A stretch of 64,000 nt of DNA, from assembly GCA_950097015.1 (NCBI GenBank), contig CATNEN010000038.1:15376001-15440000 (forward strand). Direction: 5' to 3'. Made by a program: the position numbers and the translations under genes. Shown here one piece after another: positions 40,101-51,202 of this stretch (positions are counted from its first letter, which is position 1; each line of letters starts with the position of its first letter). The stretch is from Macrostomum hystrix (lineage: Eukaryota; Animalia; Platyhelminthes). A model generated the notes under the pieces. It saw only the letters and a list, made by a program, of their open reading frames with translations. It did no database searches and had not been told where the DNA came from.

Positions 40101-40701
40101 AGATGAAATAGGGAAGAGATAAGACACGGGAGAGATGAAACAGGGAAAAGATGAAACCGAGAAGAGATTAGACAAAAGATATAAGGCACGGGAGATGCAT
40201 CTCTCTTCGCCTTATCTCTTCCTTTTCTCAAATCTCTTATCACCATCACCTTTATCCTATCTCTCTATATATTTCGTTTCTCCGCTGTCTTTTTAAATTC
40301 ACTGCCTGTTTTTTTACTGCCTAACAGATAGCACACTGCACTAAAAACCCAGCAGTGTTATCAATCATAACTTTCAGGCCACTCGCCTGGGCATCCTCTG
40401 CGTCCGTATTGCGTAACAGCCAACCGCAGAGCTCGGCCCCTGTAAAACACGACGGCTGGCAGGACATGAAAGATTTCACGGTCCGCACACTGATGCCAGT
40501 GTCATCCTGTTGCATTCGATCCAATAGGCGCTCCAGGCGGGACCACTGATAGGCGTTGGGGTGGGGAGGCCGGCTGGAATCCGATGTCACCGGGGCAGTC
40601 TTGGCCTTGGCGTGCCTGGCGTGGTGACGAATCATTGATGTTGAAGTGGCGCCACTGCTGCCGCTTCCGCTGCATGATGGCTCAGAAGACTGCTGCTGCA
40701 T
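34072..40701 (-). CDS. RGS7: R7-family regulator of G-protein signalling (RGS6/7/EGL-10-like; DEP-DHEX-GGL-RGS); exons 40701-40387, 38220-37910, 35998-35750, 34936-34072; 579 aa
   Basis: [18 protein letters not shown]...FTGAEL (DEP), YYRFQTP...[26 protein letters not shown] (GGL), RVKRWGFS...[11 protein letters not shown]...ENLAFW...[10 protein letters not shown] (RGS). Intron 1 needs a GC donor (CAG|gcgagt); total 1740 nt. Confidence 0.92.
35080..35640. repeat. Polypurine (GGAGA/GAGAG)n tract in RGS intron 3
   Basis: Visible low-complexity tract. Confidence 0.95.
36235..37155. repeat. 30-31-bp minisatellite (gatagctttcagcggattccaatagtacct)n in RGS intron 2, preceded by a decayed SINE2 (~36010-36210)
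   Basis: Visible array; upstream gttcgaatc B-box, aaatgggtac and gtccatggactga match SINE2. Confidence 0.93.
38340..39000. repeat. 45-bp minisatellite in RGS intron 1
   Basis: aaatagctagtgaaattaggaaacagaggtcatgttgtttctaag repeated, diverging rightwards. Confidence 0.92.
39650..40200. repeat. 16/32-bp purine-rich minisatellite (gagagatgaaacagggaagagataagacgcgg) in RGS intron 1
   Basis: Visible; reverse complement of the family at 19430 and 59228. Confidence 0.9.
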
Positions 40702-41477
40702 AGCAACAGGATTTATTAGCTAATGGCTAGAATGTCACTTTTTGTTCCAGTGGATAATATATCAATTGTAACTATCTGATAAGTTAGGCTTCTTTAGGTT
40801 CCATTCACTTGTCAAGCTGAAGCCAACCTGAAAAATGTTATAAGCAACAATATTAATTATCCCATTGTTATTCGAATGTATCAGCTTGTATTATTAAAAG
40901 TTATTATGTAACATATTTAAAATCCTAAATTGCATATGATAAAAATGTGATTATCAACAATCAGCAACATTGTAGGTAATTTTTTAATAAAATAACTGTG
41001 AAAATTTATTTCTGAGCAATTTAACAAAGCTTTACAGTTCAACTTTGTGATCAAACATCAGAAAATAAAAAAGCATATTAATATAATATTAGCATAATAC
41101 AATATGTACCAATGATTTCAGAGCATCAATTCTGATTGTTGTATATGTACACATATAATTGCCATTATTAATGTCAGGCCCACTGTGACTCCAAATTAGC
41201 CTATTTATCTTTCTAAACAGAGTGATATATAGACAGATTTTGAATTACTACAAAATTATCACCACAAACACACTAGTCCTAATTTTTGTGTGCTACAACT
41301 TCACCACACAATGGACAATCTTTGTGCCAAACTGCTACACTGCACTGTTAAAGAAATTTACTACTGACTAATGTCATTCAGTGCAATGTGGTATACCAGG
41401 TTGCAACATGCAGTAATATGGCATAAAATACCACACCTTGTATGCCACACAACAGCTTTTTCTATTTCATGCCCAGT

Positions 41478-41740
41478 CATACATGCGCAACCTCCCAAAT
41501 CTTAGCCGGCCGTGCGACTTAGTTTTTGCTCTCATTTGCGACTTAGTTCGTTTCATTGCTCTATTTACGACTTAGTTTGCTCTCATTTGCTCTCTTTTTC
41601 TCTCCCCTTTTTCCTTTTCTTCACGCCTTCCTTTTTTGTCCCTTGGTCCCCCCTTTGATTTTTTTGCGCTTGGTCGATTGGTTTTTGCGACTTACCTTGC
41701 TTGGCCCTCGTTTCACCCGGCCGGGTGTTGCGCATGTATG
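41478..41740. mobile_element. 263-bp MITE, hAT-like
   Basis: Perfect 14-bp TIR catacatgcgcaac / gttgcgcatgtatg; 8-bp TSD tgcccagt (41470-77 / 41741-48); internal cgactta repeats. Confidence 0.88.
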
Positions 41741-42830
41741 TGCCCAGTGCTATCACCAATAGGTAAATTTATATTTTTATGTTTGATAGCAATGCTTTGG
41801 TCATTTACAAAATAACTATATTTGCTAGGACTAAACACTTAGCATATTTATTATTTACTCAATATTCTATATATGTAACTTGTATTGCCCAAAAAATGTT
41901 TTACATTTGCAATTAAAAATTTTGTATAAGTATTGAGTTTGCCCTTTTTAAGTTTTCAATTATAAGGCCCAATACCAAGTTCTGATATAAAAATATAGAA
42001 ATAATAAAAAAATCATAAAAGTCACTTAACTAGTTAAACTTAACTTAATTAGGTTGCAAAAATATAATTTGAATGAATACAAGAAAAAATTTTAGTAATT
42101 TTTAGGTGATGCTACATATTAATACCACAGCACTATTTTAATAACTTCAAACATTTAGAATTTAGTACAACTTCAGCTACTGTGCAGATATAGCCATCCA
42201 TTTAGTGTCATAGTCTAGTAGACTAGACGAATATGCTTATATTTTATGTTTTAGCATAAAAATCATGTTTGCTATGTTGTGTTACATATTACCTATTACC
42301 TATATATTACCCTATGAATCCCTATCTAGGCTATAGATTTTAGCTTTTATAATTTTTACTGTTTAAAATCGACTCATTCAGGTGACAATTTGATTTGTCA
42401 TACATGCTGATTATGCTCATACATACATCCCTAGTTCATTGACTTAGTACCAATTAATTATATAGCCAGTATTTTTTTGTTGCTATTAAAGTTAACCATA
42501 CAACAAACAACAACAACAACAAAGAACTGCTCCCGCCAGCCACTCAGTGGCCAGAGAGGGGAAGAGCAGTCAGAGAGCGCATTTCTGGGCCAGCGATCTC
42601 AAAAAGTCACACCCGCTAGCTTGGTCCGGGGCGCCAGCATCACTCAGAAGCCGTTCAGGAAATCTCGCCGTTTGCCCTTGGCCTCGCCTGCATACAGTAC
42701 TGCAGTGCAATAAAGTGGTGGTGAATATAATCAGTTGAACTTTCTCTTCTTTTGTTGATAATTGAAAGCCGTTAAGTGCTACCTTGTATATTTTATGATT
42801 GAAATCAATTGTTCTACTAGATATTGCAAC

Positions 42831-43458
42831 CCATAGTCCGGATCATGCTGGACTTACGCCGGAGGAAAAATCCAACATTTTTGGCACTTATGCCAGACTT
42901 ACGCCAACCAAAAAAAGGTCCCTCTGACTTACGCCACCCAAAAAAAGGTCCTTCACAATTCTTGTTAATCCATGTCTCTTTATCGGCCTCCTTGCTTGCT
43001 GCCCTCGACTAGTACATGGATGTCTCTCTCACTCTAACCATCGGTGATTAATTAAATTCAGAAGTTGCAACTGTTTAAAAATCTCACAAGTTGCAAATTC
43101 TGAATCAAGTATCAAAGTAAGCATCTTAAAGCTAAAAAAACTTTTGCTATCCTACAATAGATATTCTGCTATCTCATTTATATGAACTGCAATATTTTAA
43201 TGAACTTTGTTTTAATGCTGCTCCTTAACATCATAATTAACGCAAATGTGTTATGTTCTATAGTGATACATTTGATCGTGAATGATCTCATTTGTGCTAA
43301 CATTTACGCCACTTGATTTATGCCATGTACTTATGCCAAGCACTTATGCCAAGGCACATTTTGGCCTATACTTACGCCAAGCACTTATGCCAGCCTCTGA
43401 TCCCAAACCAGATTTACGCCGGAGATCTCCGGCGTAAACGACATGATCCGGACTATGG
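42831..43458. mobile_element. 628-bp non-autonomous DNA transposon with 8-bp TSD
   Basis: TIR ccatagtccggatcatg (17 bp perfect, extending via ttacgccggag); TSD attgcaac (42823-30 / 43459-66); about 11 subterminal aYttaYgcc motifs. Confidence 0.88.
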
Positions 43459-45353
43459 ATTGCAACAATAAAAATTAAAGCAAGAAAGCAAGACAGAACA
43501 GAGGAATGGGTAAAAATGTTTAACATTAAACCAATTTTAACAAAAAATATTTGTGATTTTCATTGCTTAAGGTTATCAGTATTGTTTCTGTATGACCTCA
43601 TATTCTACATACATTATTTTACAATTATATGGCATTTTTATGCCAAAGTGAAGCCAAAATAAATTTTTTCAGGGCAGTTTTGTACTTTTTAAGCTAGTAT
43701 TCAAGTACTATAGTAAAATCAATCAGCCATTTAGTCAAGTAGTTTAAAAAGTATTCATGTTAGTAATTGGCAAGGTGCCATCCCATGAGGCCTGACGCCC
43801 TGACAGTGACACTGACAATGAATATGCAAAATAAATACCTGTTTTACCACTGTCATTTCGTTTAGGATGTCATATAGCACAGATATTTTAGCTAGCTAAT
43901 AAACAATAAAAATAAACAACTACACTTAAAGCAAGTTAAATATTAACTGCTAAAACGTATTCTATTAATTAAATACCATTAGGGCCTATACCAGTATGCT
44001 AAGGCAGACAAAGGGTAGACCAACAATGTTAATTTCTTAAAAGTAGCTAATTTAGTATACATATGTATTCAAAATTAAGTAAAATTTGGTTTAAGTAATA
44101 ATAGTGAGACCAAAAAATATAATTTAATTTCAGTCAGCAGTTTAGCTGCAATATTCCAATTTTTAATTCGAGTTGTGAGCTCGCTTTCTTACAAACAAAA
44201 ACACATTTTTTAAATTATACTAAAGTAAAACAAGTAAAAAGCGCAATAGTTTTTGTTGCGATAATTATATCTTTAAAGAATTTAATTTTAGAATATTTTT
44301 CATTTAAACATATTTCTGTCATTAGAAAACTAAAAAAATGTACTCAAGCTTTTTTTACAATTCTATACCAATCTTTCGGCTGCGGAACTGAGATTCTAGA
44401 AGATGCAAGAATGTATATTTCCTTATTAGACCCATAATTGTAAAAGCGGAACACAGCCTTTCTTGTGCTTAATCAGGAAACTAATGTGCAAGATTGATTA
44501 ATACTAATGGCAATACGAAAAAATATCTTGATTATTCAGTCGGATTTCGAAGGATTTTCGTATGATATCTAGAAAAGATCACCAATGGCTTCCAGCAGTG
44601 ACTTACGAGCGCATTTTAAATTCGAGCTTTTTGCTTTGTCGCACTTAGTATCAGTTTGTTAGTTTAAAAAAATCCGTTTTTCGTTACCCATGGCCCTCGA
44701 AAGCGAACAGAGACGCCAGATAATTTTCGAAATATAATAAATTTCGTAGGAAAAAAATTAGCAAACAAGAAATCAAAAAGTTTAAGTTAAGCGGAACAAA
44801 ACTGACTGGTTATTTGGAACATATCCTAAATGTACCTCACCTTACTCATTCATAAATGTATTTTTAGTATTAGTGTCGATAAACCAGAGCTTCGATAACA
44901 AAAGCAACTGTTCCAAAAAGTACAAAAGAGACAATATTATAAAAAGCAATGTCCATTTTGAATAATTTTGTAAGGTAACAGGGAGATTTTACCGTGAAAT
45001 ATGTAAAAATTTAGGAAAAACATAGCTTTTAGATGTCGTTGGAAATAAAAAACGGAGATAAGCAGCTTTTAATGGCCAATTTATAATTGCTAGCTGCGTT
45101 TGTCATGTGGATATTTAATAAGCTGAGAATGAATAAAAAACTTTTTATTAGGCCGATGCTTTTCAATAATTAATTTAAGTTTAATATCTTAGACTTAAAG
45201 ACTGACTTGGAAAACGATAACGAAGGATATTAATAAGGATTAACAAGGTAACTAGATTAAAGGCTTAAAATGTAAAACAAAAAACTTGACTCGACGATTC
45301 CACCACAATATTGAATAAAGTTTCACTGTTCCAGTTCGTTCGATTGAGTCCTT

Positions 45354-48023
45354 CTAATTGTCCTGCTCTGGCTCCTGATCGCCAGACTGCTCCGATGTCC
45401 ACAGCTGGTTTGAAATATTAAAGCAAAATAAAAGTTTCACTTGTTATTAGTATGAGAATTATTTGCGGGACGACTGCGGGCAATGGCACATCATTTGGTG
45501 ACACTAGTCCCGCAGCCAGCGAGGAGGCAATTCTGCCTGTTTCGCTGACTCCTGAGCACACACGTACACAGATACCATACACAGACACGCGCTCACACAG
45601 GTGTGTACATCTGCCATGACTTTCTCATCGTCAGGCAGTGTACACTTCACTGTGCCTTGTAGGTTGGCCCTCAAGGGCGTAAATTGCACGACCAGCCCCC
45701 ATGCCTTCTCTCGGCGACTGCGCCCTAAATGAATGTGGCCTCGCCGCGAAATCGAGCTCAGGGACCTTGGTGCCAGAGGCGAACGCGTTAACTGCTATTG
45801 TAATTAACTGCTAATTGTAACTGTTAAGACAAGGATTCTCACCGTGAGATTATCGCGCAGCAGTTGCATAATAAGCGTCGAGTCCTTGTACGAGTCCTCG
45901 GCCAGCTCGTCCAAAGCGGCGATGGCATTGTCGAAGGCCTGAATTAGTAATATAATTAAGTTTTAAGAATTTACAACTTTGTCGAAATGTAATGCTTAGC
46001 GTCTTAGTCAAATTTATTCGGAGAGCAGCAAGTTTGAGAAGCTAAATATCTTAGGCTCATTTTATTCAGAACATAAAGATCTCGTGTCGTATGTCAAAAA
46101 CATGAAGATCTAGAGTACTCCTTTGTTAATGCCAACAAGATCATTGGAGCATTCAAGCAATCATTCAAGCAGATATTGGGTGGCTCTGATTTGAGAAGAA
46201 GATATTGGGTAATCCTATGTTGAAAACACAATTATCTTTTGAAGGTATGATTTGAGAACATTTGTTATTTCGGAAACAATATGAATATGACTAGCCTTCT
46301 TAGCCAGCTGGCAGGCCTTGTCGGGATCATTGCGAATCTCGTAGAAGAACACGGAATAGTTTAGAGCCAGGCCCAGTCGAATCGGATGAGTGGTAGCCAG
46401 CTCATTCTCGGCATACTCGGTGGCGGATTTGTAGGCCTGCTCGGAGCTGTCAACCACTGTACTGCGCTCGTCACCGGTGGCCACCTCAGCTAGGTAGCGA
46501 TAATAATCACCTTTCATCTTGTAATAGAACACCTTCGACTCTGGATTCAAAGCGTTGGCAATCAGGAAGTCGTCCAGTAGACCCTGGGAATTTTAATTCA
46601 TCAACAGTCATCATCAAACGAAAACATTACGAATTTTAATCAAATCTTTAGGAGGTACATTAGCCAAGTAAGTTCTATATACATTTTGTAACTTAAAAAA
46701 ACAACTGTATTTTTATTTCTAATACTATATGACTAGGCCCTAGCCTTAGTCTATTAATTTGCTAGTTCTATTAAGTTGCAATCAGGTACAAATATGCCAT
46801 GACTGGTGCTTGTCCAGGTAAGGATAGTGAGTCACTACCTATGCTGCTGTGCTAGTGCTGCAGCTGTTATTGGAGGAATGGATCAATGGAGGAACATTGC
46901 AGGATTTTGCCCATGTCCTATGCCTCAAAGCTGTCAACAAGATGTTTTAGCATGGTTACAACCTGTGCTAGACCCAGACCTTCAGTACGAACAAAACAGG
47001 TTCTGGCCCGACCAAAGCATTGTGATGCAAATCCTGTCCTAATGCCACATCATCAACAAAGCCAGCATCCATCAGTTAATCCTAGTTTCTCTGTTTGTGG
47101 TTTTTTGCCAGGCTACCCTTAAGATAATCTCAGTAAGCCTATTCAGGTATTGCATACATCACAGAGTTACAAATTTAGCAATCATATTATTCATATTGAT
47201 AGGATGGGATCCCTATTCCAATCTTGTGATGCTAAGGAAAATTATTATTGCTAGGAAAGTTGCTAGAAATATTTTTATATAGTCAGAATCCCAAACAAAA
47301 GGGGAAATTAGGAACAGTTGTTTTGGTGCGTGGTCATTTTGTCTGCCACCTTTTCATCTACCTGCAGATGAAATTACTATTTTGAAAGAGGATGAGAACT
47401 ATAAAACCATAGGCCTATTATTCTAAAACATTTCTTTCATTACAGAAAGTATATATGATGTTAAATGTTTATATAATTAAAAAACATAAAATTTTTGTTT
47501 AATAGCATCATTGATAAAAATATTATCAGACTTTTAGGTTTAGGCCCTAGGCCTAGTGACTACTTAGATGCATTTTGTCTGAACTTGTACTGTACTGATT
47601 ACTATGTTAGGCCTAATATAACATATAGCATGAAAATGTTATATAGCAGAAAACCTGGTAAGACTAAGCAGAAAAACTTACCAGAACTTCTTTGCAGATC
47701 TTCTGGAGCTCGTTTTCAATTTTCAGTCTGTATTCCTTGCCCATAGCAAGCTTATTGTTTGACTTATCACTCCCAGCTTCGGATTTGCTTTCAATGCTTG
47801 AGATGACTCTCCATGATGAGCGACGAGCTCCAACAACATTCTTGTAAGCGACTGAAAGAAGGTTTCTCTCTTCATTGCCAAGTTCTTGACCCTTCTCCGT
47901 CACTGACTTCATAGCTTCTGCCATATCATCGTATCGTTCAGCCTGCTCAGCCAACTTAGCAATGTGAACTAAGTCCTCTCGAGAGTAAGAGCTCGAGCTT
48001 AGCCATTCAGTAAAGGTAGCCAT
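45354..48023 (-). CDS. 14-3-3: 14-3-3 protein (zeta-like); exons 48023-47682, 46583-46296, 45938-45843, 45404-45354; 258 aa
   Basis: [84 protein letters not shown]; intron 2 uses a GC donor (AAG|gctagt); 777 nt. Confidence 0.97.
45445..45797 (-). mobile_element. SINE family 1 copy in the last 14-3-3 intron
   Basis: Near-identical body to the 4789 and 56439 copies; head slightly truncated. Confidence 0.82.
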
Positions 48024-49137
48024 GTTAATACGATGTAGACTATTGACTAAGATAATCGAACAGAATGAAAATAATGAGTTCGCAGAATGACGAACAAATG
48101 CCTAGCTCACAAGATTAATAATCGCAAGTTTTTTGCTTTTCAAATAAAACTTCAAGTCAGCAACGATGTTCGTAACTATCAAAATATTTAAACCTAAATA
48201 TTTGGTTATTTGAGCATGTGTGGATAAATATAAAACCGAGATCTTCTTGTTTATTTAAAAAAGTATTTAGAAGTCAGAAGATTCTTTATTAGATTTTCCT
48301 ACTAGGATTACAAAAAAGCCGGAAATGAAAAAGTAAAACATATTTTATCCTACTTATTTTCCAAATAATAATCTAATAATAGGTTACTATTGTTGAACTT
48401 AAAATAAGTAAAAGTTAATCACAAAAATATTGATGGCATATAAAATATGTATGCGTCACTAGTACTCTGAGCTTTAATATCAGTCTAATAATATGCTTTT
48501 TAAAGCCCGAAAAGCATTCGCGCATCACCTGTTTGATGCCCATAGGTAGCTTTGTCTATGTCTTTGTATAAATCACAGATATACACGCACTGAGAAGTAG
48601 AGATGCGCTTTCAGATTTTTTCTTGAAAATTGTTTTATCATATTCCGCAATGAAGCCCTTTGTTTTAGCACTTTAATATAACTTATATAATAAAAAACGA
48701 AACGTAGGTTTGTTGATTTATTCGTAGACGTGCTAATACGGCTAGTATTAAAGCTTTTTAGATATAAAATGGGAGAAACTATTCGCTTGTCGCCCATTCA
48801 TTGTGAGCTCCTTGTTATTTATAGTTAAAAGGTTTTTTATTCAATAAAAAAATTAATTAGGGGTTAAATTTTTATTTCCATAGACTTTGGTGAGTTGTAC
48901 TTAAATTTAAAGTAAAAAAATTTCTTGGTCTAGTATTTCAAAGTATATCGATAATTCGTTTCACAGCTCAAAAATAGCTTAATAGCTTTTTGCAAATCAT
49001 TATTCCTAGTTTATCTTTCATATGATTGCTAATTCATGGACTTTGATGAATAAACTTTATTTGCCAGCTTTTCTTCTAAAATTCTGAAATAGATACATAA
49101 AGCATCTTATTTAAACTTCAGCTCAAATTCAGCAGCG

Positions 49138-49831
49138 ATGCCGCCAAAAAAGAAGGGAAAGAAGGGCGGAAAGAAGAAGAAGGATCCGGCAGTGCTCGAG
49201 ATGGAAGAAAAAGTGGCGCGAGGCATCAAAGAGACAATGTCGCTCAGGTAATAAAATGCTTTTTAGTATTCCACATTCGCATCGTGCATTAATTTTTTAT
49301 TTAAATTTTCATGTAGCTGAACAAAATCAATTGATCTCTTAAAACAGGGAGGGCATTGCGCAGCGCAAGGATTTGACCCGCAAAGCATTGGCGGCCGGCG
49401 TGGAGGCGGCTACAGTCAGAGATGCTGCATTGCGAGATCTTGAAGAGCTGCAAGACGATGCGGCGGATGTGAATGCCTACATGAGCAAACAGTACAAGAT
49501 GATGCAGGCACAGATGGGTCTCCAGGTCAACCAGCTGGAACGAGATCTGCACCGGGCTAACGAGGACCTCGCCGAACGGACCGCTGAATTGGCCGACCTA
49601 CGCCGGGAACTGGAGCGAACCGTCCGGGAGAAGGACGAGAAGATCAGCTCTCTGGAGTTGAAGATGCAGAATCTGCACAGCCAGTACCAGAACATGTTGC
49701 ACACATCGCTTGACTCGCTGATTGACAAACTGAAAAGCGAATGGCTAGGCTTCGAACATAAGGAGACCGGCCTGCACCAGCATTACAAATCGGCACTATT
49801 GGAGTTTGGCTTAAATACGCACGATATTTAA
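49138..49831 (+). CDS. CCDC153: Coiled-coil domain-containing protein 153 (DRC12-like, motile cilia); exons 49138-49247, 49348-49831; 197 aa
   Basis: MPPKKKGKKGGKKKK N-terminus, MSKQYKMMQ, MLHTSLDSLIDKL, LLEFGLN resemble CCDC153; GT-AG intron in phase (594 nt). Confidence 0.82.
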
Positions 49832-50139
49832 ACTGCCCGCCAGTTGATTTTGTATAGACATGCAAAATATTTAAACAGTCGCCGCTTTTGTAATTCTCAA
49901 CGTGAACCTATTATCCACCTAAGAAATTATAGATCTAATCGAATTGCAAATTGTTGAATCTAGTTGTTAAAATGTTTTAAATAAAAAACTGACCTGAAAA
50001 ATTAAATTTTACCAACAAAGAAAATGAAAAATCACTCATTCAGAAACAATTTATTCTATTTAGTGCTTGCACGTTCAGTTGAGTTCTTATTTTTTTGCCA
50101 AGGGCCAAAACCCCTGAAATCCAAGGATTCCAGTAACTA

Positions 50140-50945
50140 AATCCAAGGGTTTCAGTCCCTAAATCCAAGGGTTTCAGTCCCTAAATCCATGGGTTTCAGT
50201 CCCTAAATCCAAGGGTTTCAGTCCCTAAATCCATGGGTTTCAGTCCCTAAATCCAAGGGTTTCAGTCCATAAATCCATGGGTTTCAGTCCATAAATCCAT
50301 GGGTTTCAGTCCATAAATCCATGGGTTTCAGTCCATAAATCCAAGGGTTTCAGTCCCTAAATCCATGGGTTTCAGTCCCTAAATCCAAGGGTTTCAGTCC
50401 ATAAATCCAAGGGTTTCAGTCCCCAAATCCAAGGGTTTCAGTCCCTAAATCCAAGGGTTTCAGTCCCTAAATCCAAGGGTTTCAGTCCCCAAATCCAAGG
50501 GTTTCAGTCCCTAAATCCAAGGGTTTCAGTCCCTAAATCCAAGGGTTTCAGTCCCCAAATCCAAGGGTTTCAGTCCCTAAATCCAAGGGTTTCAGTCCCC
50601 AAATCCAAGGGTTTCAGTCCCCAAATCCAAGGGTTTCAGTCCCTAAATCCAAGGGATTCAGTCCCTAAATCCATGGGTTTCAGTCCCTAAATCCATGGGT
50701 TTCAGTCCCTAAATCCATGGGTTTCAGTCCCTAAATCCAAGGGTTTCAGTCCCCAAATCCATGGGTTTCAGTCCCTAAATCCAAGGGTTTCAGTCCCCAA
50801 ATCCAAGGGTTTCAGTCCCCAAATCCATGGGTTTCAGTCCCCAAATCCAAGGGTTTCAGTCCCCAAATCCATGGGTTTCAGTCCCCAAATCCATGGGTTT
50901 CAGTCCCCAAATCCATGGGTTTCAGTCCATAAATCCATGGGTTTG
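50140..50945. repeat. 22-bp minisatellite (aaatccaagggtttcagtccct)n
   Basis: Visible tandem array. Confidence 0.96.
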
Positions 50946-51202
50946 GAGAGAGGGCTTGCATAAAATGCAATACAATGCAATACAATGCAATAAAAATAAG
51001 TAACGGAGGTTACGAGCGTATATTTTAAACCTTGCACTAAATAGAATTTGAAGCCCTGCTGCTCAGCATCAAGGTTTCTGCCCCCCACCTGAGAGAAAAA
51101 AATTATAAAGTGCGCGTAGAAAGGCATTTATATATATTTGCGTAGTCTCAGCATTCTTTCAAAAAAACTTTTGTTTAAAGCTTCGACTGCTAAGATCTCA
51201 GA

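Noticed and set aside
46800-47230. GC-richer island with short ORFs in 14-3-3 intron 1
   Set aside because: No recognisable protein, snoRNA or TE hallmark; cannot support a call.
34400-48023. RGS7-like gene adjacent to 14-3-3, whose mammalian products interact
   Set aside because: Eukaryotic neighbourhood is weak evidence, and the SYP binding motif reads SYG here.
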